The position numbers and the translations under genes are program-made. 64,000 nucleotides of DNA from assembly GCA_020891255.1 (NCBI GenBank), contig BQFW01000003.1:868001-932000 (forward strand), given 5' to 3'. Each line of letters starts with the position of its first letter. The stretch's first letter is position 1. Shown here piece by piece: positions 23,217 to 35,797 of the stretch. The stretch comes from Entomortierella parvispora E1425 (taxonomy: Eukaryota > Fungi > Mortierellomycota). The notes below the pieces were generated by a model. The model searched no databases. It was not told the origin of the DNA and worked only from the letters and a program-made list of their open reading frames with translations.

Positions 23217-25489
23217 TCACTTGGTGGTAAGTCCCAGGTCCTTGGCAATCATAGCAGCAGCAATGGGATGGTAAAACGACTTGTGCTTCAGGAAAGTCTC
23301 CTTAGCCAACTCGGCTCCGTTTTTGGCCTTGAAAAGAGATCTAATGATGAGAAAAAGAAGGAATGAACCAAAATAACGATGAATGAGAAAAACATGACTA
23401 TGGTTTTTTGGAGCACAGATATGCACTGCAGTCCCAGATCAAATAGTTACCTCAACAATGGACGGCACCTGGAGTTGACAGGAGAGGAAAATAATCATTG
23501 CCGTTAGCATAGCCAAATTGAACCAATCATTCCCGCTCCAAGATTGACATACGCTGTCATATTAGAATCGCTCAAACAAAAAAAGCAACGCTTACATCTT
23601 CATACGGCCCATGGTCGACGCAAAGTCTGCCACCTCGGGATAAATCTTTTCGTAGTTAGCCTTGAGGCACAAAAGGTGCCACCTCAACCGAATCTCCGAA
23701 TTCTTGACGCCCGTCAACTGATACAACTTGTCCATGGTGTCCAAGTATCCATGGGGCAATGCTGGCTCCAGATCGGCCACCTTCTCTAAGAACACCACCT
23801 TTTGCGTCGACGAAAACTCTGCAATATCCTCAGCGGAGAACACTCCAGGTGCAGGGGTCTCTGCCTGACTGTGAACACGGGAATCGTCCCACTTCTTGCA
23901 AAGGCAAGTACAAGCTCTAGCGAGAGTATCGTCAAAGTGGTTCTTGACAGGAGGCATTCCGGTGCCGGAGAGCCAAGCAGGCCAATCGACCTGGTTGAGC
24001 AAATCAACCTTTTCCTGTCCAAAGGTTTTTTCCATGAAAGAATACAAAAACGCCTTCCAGTCATCCGTGTTGATTGAACGCCCTGCAAACTCTTGAACGT
24101 GTGCGCGAAGGTAAGGCTCGAAGACAGCAGCTCCACCCAAATGTTTCTCCAAGTAGTACAGCAAGTTAAAGCCCTTCTCTGAAAAATAGGAAAGAGAGAA
24201 AAAATGGAGTGTTAGAATCAATACAGATGAAACTCATAGTGCATTTTGAGCGTAACTTCTCTTACCATAAGGAACCCTCGAGAATGCATCATCGGGATCC
24301 TCACCACGGAGACAGGGGCGAAGCGCTGTGAAGGGATGATCCTTTCCGTAGAGATCCACGCTCTCCTGCAAGGCTTTGTGTCCCAAGATTGCGCTGAACT
24401 CGCTGTGGGTAGGACCCTTCATGCGTCCCAAGATCTTGCGCTCCACGAACACTGTGAAGCCCTCATTCAACCAGAAATGCTCCCAGTTCTCTGTTGTGAC
24501 CAAGTTACCCATCCAGCTGTGGGCAATCTCGTGGGCGACCACATCAACCAATGATCGATCTCCAGCCAGAAGCGAGGGCGTCACAAAGGTCAAACAGGGG
24601 TTCTCCATACCACCGTAAGGGAAGGAGGCTGGCAAAACCAAGAGATCATAACGACCCCAATCGTAGGGTGTCAGCAACTCTTCTCCAGTGCGAATAAAGT
24701 TCTCGGTGTCCACGAACTCCCAGGCAGCTGCCTCCAAAACTTCAGGCTCAGTCCAGACAGTCGAGCGAGGACCAATCTCACGACCTTCCAAGTTGCCGAC
24801 TGCCAAGGCAATCAGGTAAGAGGGAATCCTAGTCTTTTGTTCAAATTTGAATGTGGTTGTCTCTGATCCTTGCTTCTTTTCCTCTCCTGTGGGAACAGCG
24901 GACATGACGGCGCGCAAAGGTGTGGTGATGTTGGCGCTATATGTCAACTTGATCGAGGGACTATCCTGGCAGGGCAACAGGGAACGAGCATGGATAGCCT
25001 GACATTGAGTAAAAAGGTAAGGGTGCTTCTTTCCCACTGTTTGACTGGGCTCGAGCCATTGGCACGCGGTGCAATCCTTGGTGGTAGCGTACTGGACCAG
25101 GAGTTTTATCTTCTCTCCCTTTGTCAAAGGCTTGGCCAGATCCACGACCAAAGCAGACCCGTACTTTTCGTTGCGATCCTGAAGCTTGAACTATGGGTTG
25201 AGACGGACCATACGTTAGTGGAAGTAGTAAACAGGGTGCCAACCTGTATCGTTCTTTTCGTTTTTGTCATTTGCTTTACGTTGAGGGCCTGTCCTCCGAC
25301 AGAGACGGAGCGAACGTCAATAAAGCTGGTATCGAGGATGACCTTGGTGACAGCATCGGCAATGGCCTCAATCTCCAATTCAGCCGAACCCGAAAGGATC
25401 TTTGCATCGAAGTCGACGGCGAGGTCGAGGTGGATGTGGTTTGTTTTTGCCTCATCGAGGTTGGACTGGGAGGTAGGGTCGTACGGCAT
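23217..25489 (-). CDS. LAP2: Leukotriene A4 hydrolase-like M1 zinc aminopeptidase, multi-exon
   Basis: [10 protein letters not shown] start at 25489. [15 protein letters not shown]...WLNEGF (HEXXH-X18-E), [15 protein letters not shown] and GRMKMCRPL (across a micro-exon). Ends [21 protein letters not shown]. Confidence 0.93.
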
Positions 25490-26178
25490 GATGGCGAGCG
25501 GAGGGAGGAGGGAGGGTGAAAAATGAATGGAAGAAATGAAAGAATCAAAAGAGACGAGATGGCTGATGGCTGATTCGGAGAAGAACAAGCCAATCTCAGC
25601 CAGGTCCACACGCACCGTGGGAACCTTGTAGGACGGACGATCCCTGCCTAAATTGGCTGCGTCGCGTCTTCTGGACTATTCACAGTCATTTATTTCTCTC
25701 TTTTTTTTGGATCCCAGCTCATTTCTTCATGGGAACCGTCTGCACGACGCTACAAGGGTGCAAGGAAACGAATACCCCCTGTTACCTTCAAAGAACCTGC
25801 CATGACTGTGGCCCCTTGCAATTTTTGAATCAGCCCGTGTTGACTGCAGTGAGGAATTACTCACTTGCCCCATAGAACCTGTTCTTTCCTTCAACAAGCA
25901 TCCACGGTAGGACTTTTGATCCTACCAGCATCCTGTCGGTTTCTTTTCCACCCTAACGGTATCTCTTACATCCTACCGCTATCTCTTCCAGCTTCCAGCA
26001 CTCACGTCCTCTACATCTGCTTCCAATCGTAAGTACGCTCGGGCATTTGACGCTCTTCTTCGACCCCATATCCAGTTGCCTTGTCAGTGTAACTGCTCTA
26101 TTAAGTGCTTCATGATTCCTGTTCTTGTTTTTGACAAGGACCCACAATTATTACGAGACAGATCAAACTACATAAAAG

Positions 26179-26910
26179 CTAAGCTACCTTTTTACGGGGG
26201 GCCAAAAAAGTGGGCAACACCATATTGAAAAAGGGGATCATGGGCGCAAACTCGATGAAAACACGCGCAGAGAGGCTCTGTAGACCTTGAGGTCCCCACA
26301 ACCAATATTTGTCACGTGAAAAGACAATCATGGTTCCTGGGAACATCTGGAGGGTCAAATACTTGATAAAAAAGGAGTGGCCAAGCAACCTGAGATGGGG
26401 ACGGAATAGAAGGATGCCTTGCATTATGGAAAAGGGAAGCGTGAGGATAAACAGCTTCATGTTTTATCCCGTGCTCGACATGCCAGAGAATCTTGTAGAC
26501 CAGTGCACCGGATCCCATGATCTGCAGTCCAAAGTTGACAAAACTAAACCATTTCATGAAGGGTTCCCAGAACCGGTTGCGCAAAAATGGAAAGCCCAGA
26601 AAGTAGTGATGAAGAAGTGAAAGCCCATGCTCGGCACGACCAAATAGCCAGAGGACATGACAATGTTCGACCGCGGGATATTCGAGAGGAGATAAGGGAC
26701 CAGGTACAATCCGGTGACCTCCAACGGGACCAAGAAAAACCAAAGGAGAAAGCGGCCTCTCTGTTTGTGAGAAAAAGTTCCCTTTGGTAGCAACCACTGA
26801 GCTATAAAAGCTGCCCAGCAACATAGAGCCCATACTCCATGGAAGGATAGAACGTAGCCGTGGATGATGCTTGCTGGTTCATGACGCGCAAAGTAAGATA
26901 CGTGCTTCAT
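26179..26910 (-). pseudogene. Multi-pass membrane protein (DUF2306-like) broken by two compensating frameshifts
   Basis: Three hydrophobic ORF pieces (26910-~26585, ~26585-26465, 26460-26179) join if a T5 run gains one base and an A4 run loses one. The motif LLPKGTFSHKQRGRF resembles the DUF2306 KG..H+..GR motif. Confidence 0.55.
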
Positions 26911-28338
26911 TTTTTTTATTGCTCACTAACGCGCACAGAAACGACATTAGTACACTCCTCTTGAACCATGGCGGTAGCAGTATGACTCATTCCTTGATAT
27001 ATTCTTGGACATGTCCGCAATGTAGCACAGCGATCACAAGAGTGCAAGACAACACAAAGGATTACCTGGGAGTGAATGTTGAAGTTCAGAAAATAGAATG
27101 GCTAGAAAAGCGAGAGAGAAGGTGGAGTAAAGAAGCGAACCCATCTTTCAATGCAGCGTCTTTTCATCTCTGTCCTGACGCCTCCGCTGCTGACGTGCCG
27201 CCGAATCATGAACTACGATGTCGCTGATTGGAACTTCGACCCCTGAACCCTCCTTGTTTATTGCTTGCTCCAAATCCCCGGAGTTGTGAGATCACTGCCG
27301 ACCCCTTGTGTTCCGTTCGAGTGCGCTTGAGCTTCTGTCTTCAGCTCATGACCTCCGGCTTGGAAAGGAGTGAATCTGATCTTGGTTTGATTGCTTGACC
27401 TCCTGAGCCCCTCCTTACCGGACTTTTACTGCACCTTTCATGTAATGTTTGGATCTTCCTCTTTTTTTTGTTGATCGTCAAATTCTGGTTCCGGATTTGG
27501 AGATCCTCTTGCTCTATTCATCAACACAGCAGGGATATTTGGGGCAGATCACGTAATGGTCTGAGAGCGCATACATTATAGTCTACGAATCACTACCCTT
27601 ATTACCCCAAAACGTGGTAACGCTGAAAGTCCTTTTTCGTATCCATTGATCCATACGCAGGCTTTACGCGATCATGAATCCGTCGATCGGATGGTCCACA
27701 AAGAAATTAGATCAGAATACTTGAACGTGCGCCGCAGAGGATGGCGACCAAGGGCGGGGTCGAGAATGAGCGCAAGGCTGTCGAAGGAGTGAGAGAGGGA
27801 GGCCGATGGACTCGGGCAGCAGCGGCAAGTTAAAGGTGTACCGTGCACGTGCAGGGTCCACGTCTGAACGAAGCGAGCGAGGCGCGGAGTTGGAAATTGG
27901 TCAGAATCTCGGAAATCTCCAAGATTCCACTCAGCATTCCATCAACATTCCATCACGATCCCTCGTTGTTGCATTCGGCTTTACTGGTCAGGTGAGTGGA
28001 CTCTCTTCTTCATGCATGATGCATCGGCTTGACCAACCAAGTTCCAACTCCGCATTTGTCGACGCGACGCATGATGCATTTTAGAGAGCGTTCAGATCTT
28101 CGTTGAGTTGCACCCTTAACTTGCCACCACCAGCCGCTGTGCCCACCCTTGCACATTCTCTCTTCAGTGAAATGTGATTTCTTCATGGACCAGTCGATCC
28201 ATTCAGTTTTCTTGAAGTCAGTTTCCAGGTTCACGCGTCAACACCCTGGGCCCCTTTCCCCTCCATAGTAAAGCGTGATAAATCTTTTTTATTGAACTGA
28301 AAATATCACCTTTGAGGAAGAAACAACGCGACATTCTT

Positions 28339-31300
28339 TTAATGAGGGATGCCGTTGGTCACCTTCTGGAACGAATCATACAAGACCGTACGACGATTCA
28401 AGTGAGACTCATCAACCTTCTCCTTCATGAACTCGGCCGCCTGTCTCTCGGAACGATCCAGCTGGAAGCGAGATCTCAGCCTCTTGATCGTCTCACCTCG
28501 GAAACAAGGCAAGCCAGACTCGAGCATGAGCGCCACCATCTGACAAATTTGCTCTGCGTACGGACGCGACGCCAAGTAGGCCTTGATGCAAAGCTCACAG
28601 AACCATCTGTAGCCCTGATCCTCCACGCTGGTGCCCATGATCTGGATCATCTCGGCCGTCAACTTGAACGGCGAGGACTCAAAGTTGATGTTGCCTCCAG
28701 GAGAGATATCCAAGATGAATCCAAAGTCAATGTGGATGACATGACCATCGTCATCAATCATAATGTTGCCGTTGTGGCGATCCTTGAACTGCAACAGGTA
28801 CGAGATCACACTGTACGACGCCACTGATTGAATAAAGTTGTTGCGTGCCTTCTGGTACTCGATCGAATCCACGCCTCCGTACTTTGTCACAAAGTAATCC
28901 TGCAAGTTGTTGACCTTCTCACGACCGAGCTGATCACGCGAGATCGAGTTGGGAATCACGTCAATCATGCCGCAACCAGGAGCCGTGGCCACAATACGGT
29001 AAGGGAAGAGGTACAGGTCCAAGCCCACGTTCGTGAAGATGTTCTTGAACACGGCAATCAGCTGGATGGCCAGGACATCCTGACGACAGTCATCTCCGAC
29101 CTTGAAAATAGCCGACTGCCAAACATCATAGGTCTTGGGCACAATCTCCTCGTCTTCCTCGTCTCCAGCACCACGCTTGATGATCGCCTTTCCGAGGTCA
29201 GAATCTTCACGAGTCTTGCGAACCTTGAATGTAGCCATGAACGGGGTCTTGGCGTGACTCTGAAGGGGACGTCCCGATCGCTTGTCGATATCGACCACCA
29301 CTCCCTCGGGGTTACTAGGCAAATAAACACCCACATCCACCACAATCTTGGCCATCTCCTCATCAATCTTCTTCTTCTTCTCTGGTTTCGTCTTTTTGAC
29401 CAATGGCATGAGGGTTCCAGAGATGGAAGTAACCTGGTTGAAGAACGCAAACTCGCGCTCATAAAAGCTCTTGGCCTCACCAGAGAGTCCCTTCACGATG
29501 TTGTCAATGATACGATCCAATGTTGGCTTGAGAGGATCAGGGATCTCACTGTTGTTGTCCTTGTACATGTTGGCATTCATGTTCCAGATGATCTGATGAG
29601 CAAAGAGCTGGGAGACTCTAGCGGCGCGCATGATATACTTTTCGACGTAGCCCAGATCATCGTGGCGAAGCGCCTGCACAATTTGAGGCACGTAAAAGAA
29701 CACGACCTCGACAGGAGAGTGTTCGAGGGATCGCATGGCATACTGGAGCACCATGGGGTTGTTATGGTACGCAGGCTGGAAGTACGAAATGGCAGTGATC
29801 GAAGGCACTGGGCGCCAGAACAAGAGGTACTTGAGCTGAGCGGGGGTGTAACGAACACTTCCCTCTCCAAGCAAGACCTGGACCGCATCCGCATCATGAA
29901 CGGCTGCAAAGGGATCACTCGCCAACAAATGGCCGAGTTCGCTGGGAATGACACTGTTCTTGAAGCGCGACATCAGTTGGATAGCAAGTGTGGGTGAAAC
30001 GCTCCAGGCAAAGCGGACCATGTTGCGCCAGCCTTCCTCAGAGAAGCTCTTTTCGTGCACATTCACCTCGGGGTGAGTAGCCCCTCCAAGGACCAAGGGA
30101 GTGCTCCAGACACTAAGACGGTTCAACTCGTTCTCATTCAAGAGCGAGAGAAGTCGACGGCACTGGGTGTGCTTGCGAACAATAGCGTCGCGGGTCAGGT
30201 CGTCCGTGAAAACATAGTTGGCGCCAAGAGCCGCCTGAGAGTCGTTGGCCTGAATGCTGGAGAGAATTGAATCCAAGAAGATCTTGTCCTGATCCAAAGC
30301 AGCGCCAAACTCCTTCATGATCCTGGTTTCCGTTTTGCTCAACATTCTGTTTCCGCCAAAGGACCAGCGAGGTGAGAGCTCAAACCACGACAGCGCAGCA
30401 AGGTACAAGGCTGATCGAACCTTGTACTCCACTAAGGCTTCCATGCGGTTGGACTGGATCAATCGGAGGCCCAGGAGAATAAGTTGGAAACGACCCTCTC
30501 TTGCCAATGGATGCGTACTCATCTTGTATCCGCTGTCAAAAGTCAATTGGAGCAGGCGAGTAAAGAGGTCAACCATGTCGCGGTTGCCGTAACGCGTAGC
30601 CTGGAACCGACTAGAAAGGAACTCGATCCAAATAACGTGGGGTGCGAAAAGGTATGACGCAATCTTGTAACTCTTTTGACGAGCCTTCTTGTCCGAAGGC
30701 GCATACTCCATGCGAACCCGGAAGGGATCTTCGGAATCCAACAAAGGCGAGAACAAGCCCTTTTGGTGCCTAGATGCCCAAGCCCATCCAGACGCGACTT
30801 CAGACATCAGACGCTTCTCCACGGCGGGCTTTTCGGTGATGAGCCAGTTCCAGACAGAGGTACCGATCTTCATGCTGTCGGGAGTGAACAAGTAGATAGG
30901 GATCCAAGCAATCATTTTGACGAGATCCTCTTCAATCTTGTCCAAAGTGACTAATGCACTTACAGCACGATGGAGAGCATTTGCCAAGTCCTTATTGGAA
31001 ATGAATTGATCATCCTTGACTTGCTGGACCATTTTTTGGAGGTTCTCTCGGAGAGCAGGGAGCTGACTTTGGAGAACAGATCCAGATTGAGGTGTGAAAA
31101 CTGTCGAGAAGGTTTCCATGCCTCCGATTTCTCCTTGGTAGCGACGACGGGCAGAGAATTCCTGGAAGAAGACAGATGAGTTGTCGATAATAGCTCCAGG
31201 AATGTTGGCCAGGGTATCGAAGCTGTTGTGGTTCTTGACCAAGTCCTTTCCAGCGCGGGCTGCCAAGGTGCGGCCCATATGCACACGACTGATGCCAGTA

Positions 31301-34300
31301 TGGATCTTTTCAGATTCGGCCAAGTAATCCTGGAGAAGAGCATCCACTTCCTGAGGAGAGTTGGCCATGGCGGCACCAATCCACTTCTGAGTCAAGTCGA
31401 CAAACTTGGAAAGCAACTCCCGTCGGTAAGGATACGAATCGGGCAAGTCAATCGTCACTCCGACCTTGGACGAAGTAAAGCTGTAGATTGGGCAATACTC
31501 GTCCGTCATTTCGTTCTCGCAACTGATCCAGAGTAGCTCGCTGAGTTCGAGTACAAGCGTCAACAGAGCCTTGTCGCACATGAGCTGAGGGAAGGCTACG
31601 ATCATTCTCTGGACCCACTTGTTGCTCAAGGAGCTGACACGCTTCAGGCGATGGGTGCATCCAATGACCAGATTTCGGACTTGGAGGCGCACATTGTCGT
31701 CCAAGGAGTGAGTGAGAACCTTGGTCTGTGACTCCGAAGTGAACACATTAATGACCTGATCAGCGATGGCCTCCAAGCAAGTCGAGAGGCCTCCATCGTT
31801 GACACCAGAGTTCATGAAGTACTTGAGCATGAACGAGCAGTTGCCCTGGCGACTGCGCATAGTCTCGACGTGGTAGACAGAGAGAAGGAAAACGACCTTG
31901 GCAGAGCTGAGCGTCTTGATTTCGCTGGTCTGGGCTGGGAGGTAGCTAGCCAGGGTGGCCCGCATGGATGCCTTTTGATCGTCCAGAATACTTCTTGGAA
32001 GCACCGAGTTATACTCCAGATCGCCTTCCAGGTACGCGTTTGTTCCAAGGTCACCCGAGACAAAAGCAGGTGTCTTGCGAGCGATCAACAGCATCGAGTC
32101 GCTCCACTCCTTGTACCAAGGAGAATCCTTGACAAACTCAAAGAGAACACAGTGGAACCAGGCATCCCGGAACAACTTCACATCCTCGGTGCTGGGGCGG
32201 AGGTGAGGCTGGAAGTTGTCATGAGCCAAAAGCTGTCCAAGAACAGGAAGCAAAAGTCCCAAACCTGCGGATAATGAATTGATTTTGTTCTGGCTCTTCT
32301 TGTTGGATTGGACGGTCAGCTGGATTTGGACTCCCTTCTCCACAAAGAGCTTCAAGAGGCAAGTCAGATAGGCAGGGTAAAACTCTGGGCGAGCTTTAAT
32401 TTCCTTGGCCAAACGCAGCTGGCAGGCATTGACCTATAAACAGATGCAACGATTAGTAACAAGAAAAAGTACTCCACGCTTTAGAAATCGGAACCCCTTT
32501 TAGAACATACAGCCTCGCAAAGATCCTTTGTTTCGGGCTTATTCTCTGGAGAAATCGAGAGCTTTGACAAATTCGAGAGGATCTGAGTAATGTCATTGAA
32601 TGAGCTTTCTGATCCTGTCAGGGCCATGTCTGTGAGTCGGTTCACGATCACACAGTCCAGCTTGGGGCTGTGATGGCGGATCTGCTGGGCCAACATTGAG
32701 AGAACCAGGGGAGTAATCTTCTCGCTCTTGAAAACACAGGCAATCTTGGAAATAGCCGCAAGCACGTTTTCCTGGATCAAAATGGCCTGATCGTATTGCG
32801 CCACATTATCGGCTGATGTAGTGTTGTGGCTGTAAAGGGTGTTCAACAAAGAATAAACCGTCGACATGGCAACATCTTCTCCCGTTGAATAGTGCTTCAA
32901 GACTTGAGCCAAGCGCTCCACAGCGCATCCTTGAATCAAGGCAGCGTCAGGACCTTCAAAGATAGGCGAGGGTGTTGTCAAAAATTGCTGCAAGAGTGCT
33001 GCCATTTCCTGGTTTGCCTGATCTTCGAAACTACAAAGAGGGTGGTCAAAGTTAGACAAAGATCCTTGGACACCAATGGTAGGTCCGAGATTACTCCAGC
33101 ACTTACTTGATCCCTAAGAATGCAGAGCAGTCCAATGCTGCAGCATGAATCCAAAACTCTTCAATGCGGATCTGCGTGAACAGGCAGGTAGAGATATGAG
33201 ACGGAAGAACATCGTCCAGCTCGTGAATGTAAACACTGGCCAAAGAGGCGAGTTGCTATTAAACGGTAAAAGAATATTAGTACATGTTCACGTCATAATG
33301 GTTTGATACGACATGGCTCATAGATACTTACAAGTGAGATTCCCATGATCTCGCTGTAATAAAATTCATAAGAGACATTTCCTTGCGCAAGAAGCTCATT
33401 AGCAAAAGAGCGCATATCGGCAAAGAATTGGAGAGACATGATGTATTCCGTTCGCATGATCTTTGTCAGGTCAACTTCGCCAGTCGCATCAATCTTGGCG
33501 GGCGTTGTAAGAAGCGTACTCCAGATGTCGTCAAAGGCATGGTTGACAGAGGCGGGATGTTCCTTGTCATGAGAATCTGCGGCCTTAAGAAGGTGGGCGT
33601 TGATCAAGCAACCGATCATGTTGCGCTTAACAGTGAGAACCTGCAACACAACGCGGTTGGAACTGAGGACTGTGCTCTCAGCTGCGTATTGGGAAAGTAC
33701 ACGGCGAGCGTACGAGTTGTTGGAGTCCTGCTTCACAACACTAATCGCCCTTCGGATGTGCTCCGAGGTCTCGCTTGAGAGGAATGGATTGGAGTGGGAC
33801 ACGAAATCTGCGAAATCGCGGGGATGGAACTCGAGCGCGGAGGTCTCGAGAGCCGCCAAAAGACCATTAAGAGAAGGCAACACAAACTCAGAGACCTTTT
33901 CGGCTATAGAATGACAATAAGACAGCTGTTAGATCTTGGAACGGGCGGCTTTTGTTTAACAAGCTAAAGTCGCAGGAGGACTACGTACCACTGTCCGAGT
34001 TCAAGCACGAGGCCAACTTGTCGAGGTAAGACCAGATCGAGTCAAGGACCTTTTGACGCACAGTGGGTCGCTTTCCAGCAATAGTGAGAAGGTTCGAGGT
34101 GAGGTTGTATGTCAGGCTGTCAGCAGGTGATTTGCCTACATGTGCCACATAGTTAAATGAGCAGAGAAACATAAGAGAGCGATCATATCAAGGCGCATAA
34201 AAATAACGATATTCAACGAGAGCCTTTGAGTCAATGCAACAAGCATATGGGAGCGCATGGGAAACAACACGCCCTGGAGGATATTCCGCCACAAGGAACT

Positions 34301-34994
34301 GGGCTGATCTACCCGCAGGCTGTGTGTGACCGACCGCCTGTTGCATGGACATTTGGCTGGCTGTAGGCTTACCTCTGAGTCCAAAGCCGTCGCTGAACTG
34401 AAAGTTGGAGAGGGAGTAGAGGTAACCCGAGAGACGGGGAACGAGGTCGTGGTCAAACGTCCCGGATGACTCTGCGGCGAACTTTGCCTGGGCAATCAAT
34501 GCGTGCTGATGGCGCATCGTCTAGAACGTGCAAGCAATATGAACCAAAAACATTAACAGATTCAGTCGGTGTTCGCACAGCGAGGGCATGGTAGGACAAA
34601 AGGCCACACCTGCAACAGCACAGGAGATCGATGTTGATCGCTGCCCTGTGGCAAGCCTAGGCAATACGTACCATGAGTCCTCCCTCTGCCAAGGTGGGCT
34701 CGGCCATGGATGGCTCACCCCCATTGGCCTGGGGTCGTGGGGTGGATGGCTGGCTAGGAGCCGGCATGTTGGGGCCAGCCCTGATGAGGCGCTGGACATC
34801 CTCAGTCGAAGTTGAGGAGTCCTTGGCCAGAGTCGAGGCAAGACTCGACAGAATCTGGGAATGCAAGTCGAATTCAAGTCTAAGGGAAGAACAATAGATG
34901 ATGGAGTGTAAGGAGATCATTGGACGGATGCTACGACGAGGAGACATTAGTGGAGCGAGCGAGAGTTGGTGTTAAAGAGGACGTACGAATCCAT
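28339..34994 (-). CDS. STT4: Phosphatidylinositol 4-kinase type III alpha, multi-exon
   Basis: Spliced start MDSLEFDLHSQIL. Large final exon contains LFYVPQIVQAL-type PIK helical domain, FKVGDDCRQDVLA, FKDRHNGNIM, HIDFGFIL and FESSPFKLT. Confidence 0.95.
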
Positions 34995-35666
34995 GTCCGT
35001 GATGTGAAGTTGACGGAGGAGGACTGAAGGGAAGGATGAATGCGACGATGGAGAGGGAAGAGGGAAGAGGGAAGAGGGAAGAGGGACGAAGGAAGAGAGG
35101 GGTGGATTGAAGTTGATGAGAAGAAGAGGAAGAGAAGAAGAAAAGACGCAAGACAGATGCAGACAAGAAATGAACAATGACAATTGACGGTTGATGCGCG
35201 CGCCTCTGTTTTTTCGACCAGCCCAAAAGGGCCTTGGGACGACACGAGCACGAGCACGGAGGGATTGGGCCCTGAGCGTGCGGGGCGGTCTTTTGTCCCC
35301 TTAATCACCGTCATGTGAGAGAGCGCGATCTTGACGGGACAGGACAAGGTCAAGCAAGGCTGTGGAGACATGCAGCCTGGCAGGTAGGCTGGCAGGTAGG
35401 TGTGTATGCATGTCTTCAATTGAACCAGCGTGGCTGCTCCTGAACTCCAAACATGCGTATCCACCACCCTTTTCTCATGTTCTGCCGTAGCCTATCTGAT
35501 GCTGCACACTGATTCCACCTTCCAATCCTAGGAGGATGCATCGCTCCAACGGTCGCGTTCCTGTTAGAGTCTGACTGCTGTCTATCGGCCAAGAGCGCAC
35601 AAAGCGGCATCTTCCTTGGTTGTGCTTCAAATATCCTCACTTTGACCGCGGGTCTTCCCACGTTGC

Positions 35667-35674
35667 TATATAAA
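35667..35674 (+). promoter_or_regulatory. Candidate TATA box of the S41 peptidase gene
   Basis: TATATAAA about 125 nt upstream of the ATG at 35798, followed by a CT-rich leader. Confidence 0.4.
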
Positions 35675-35797
35675 GCCTGTCGATCTGCCTTCTGTTTCCT
35701 CACTCTTGTCAAGACGTCGCTCTCTGTAATCTGTCATTGCTCATCCGTCCTTTTAAAGCTCAACTCCAAGAACGGTCGATACCGTTCTTCTTTTAAA

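Noticed and set aside
28828-29997. 389-aa + strand ORF
   Set aside because: Antisense shadow of the STT4 kinase exon, with no motifs. The same applies to 14757-15695 (POM152), 10579-11514 (helicase polyQ read as poly-Leu) and 1122-1499.
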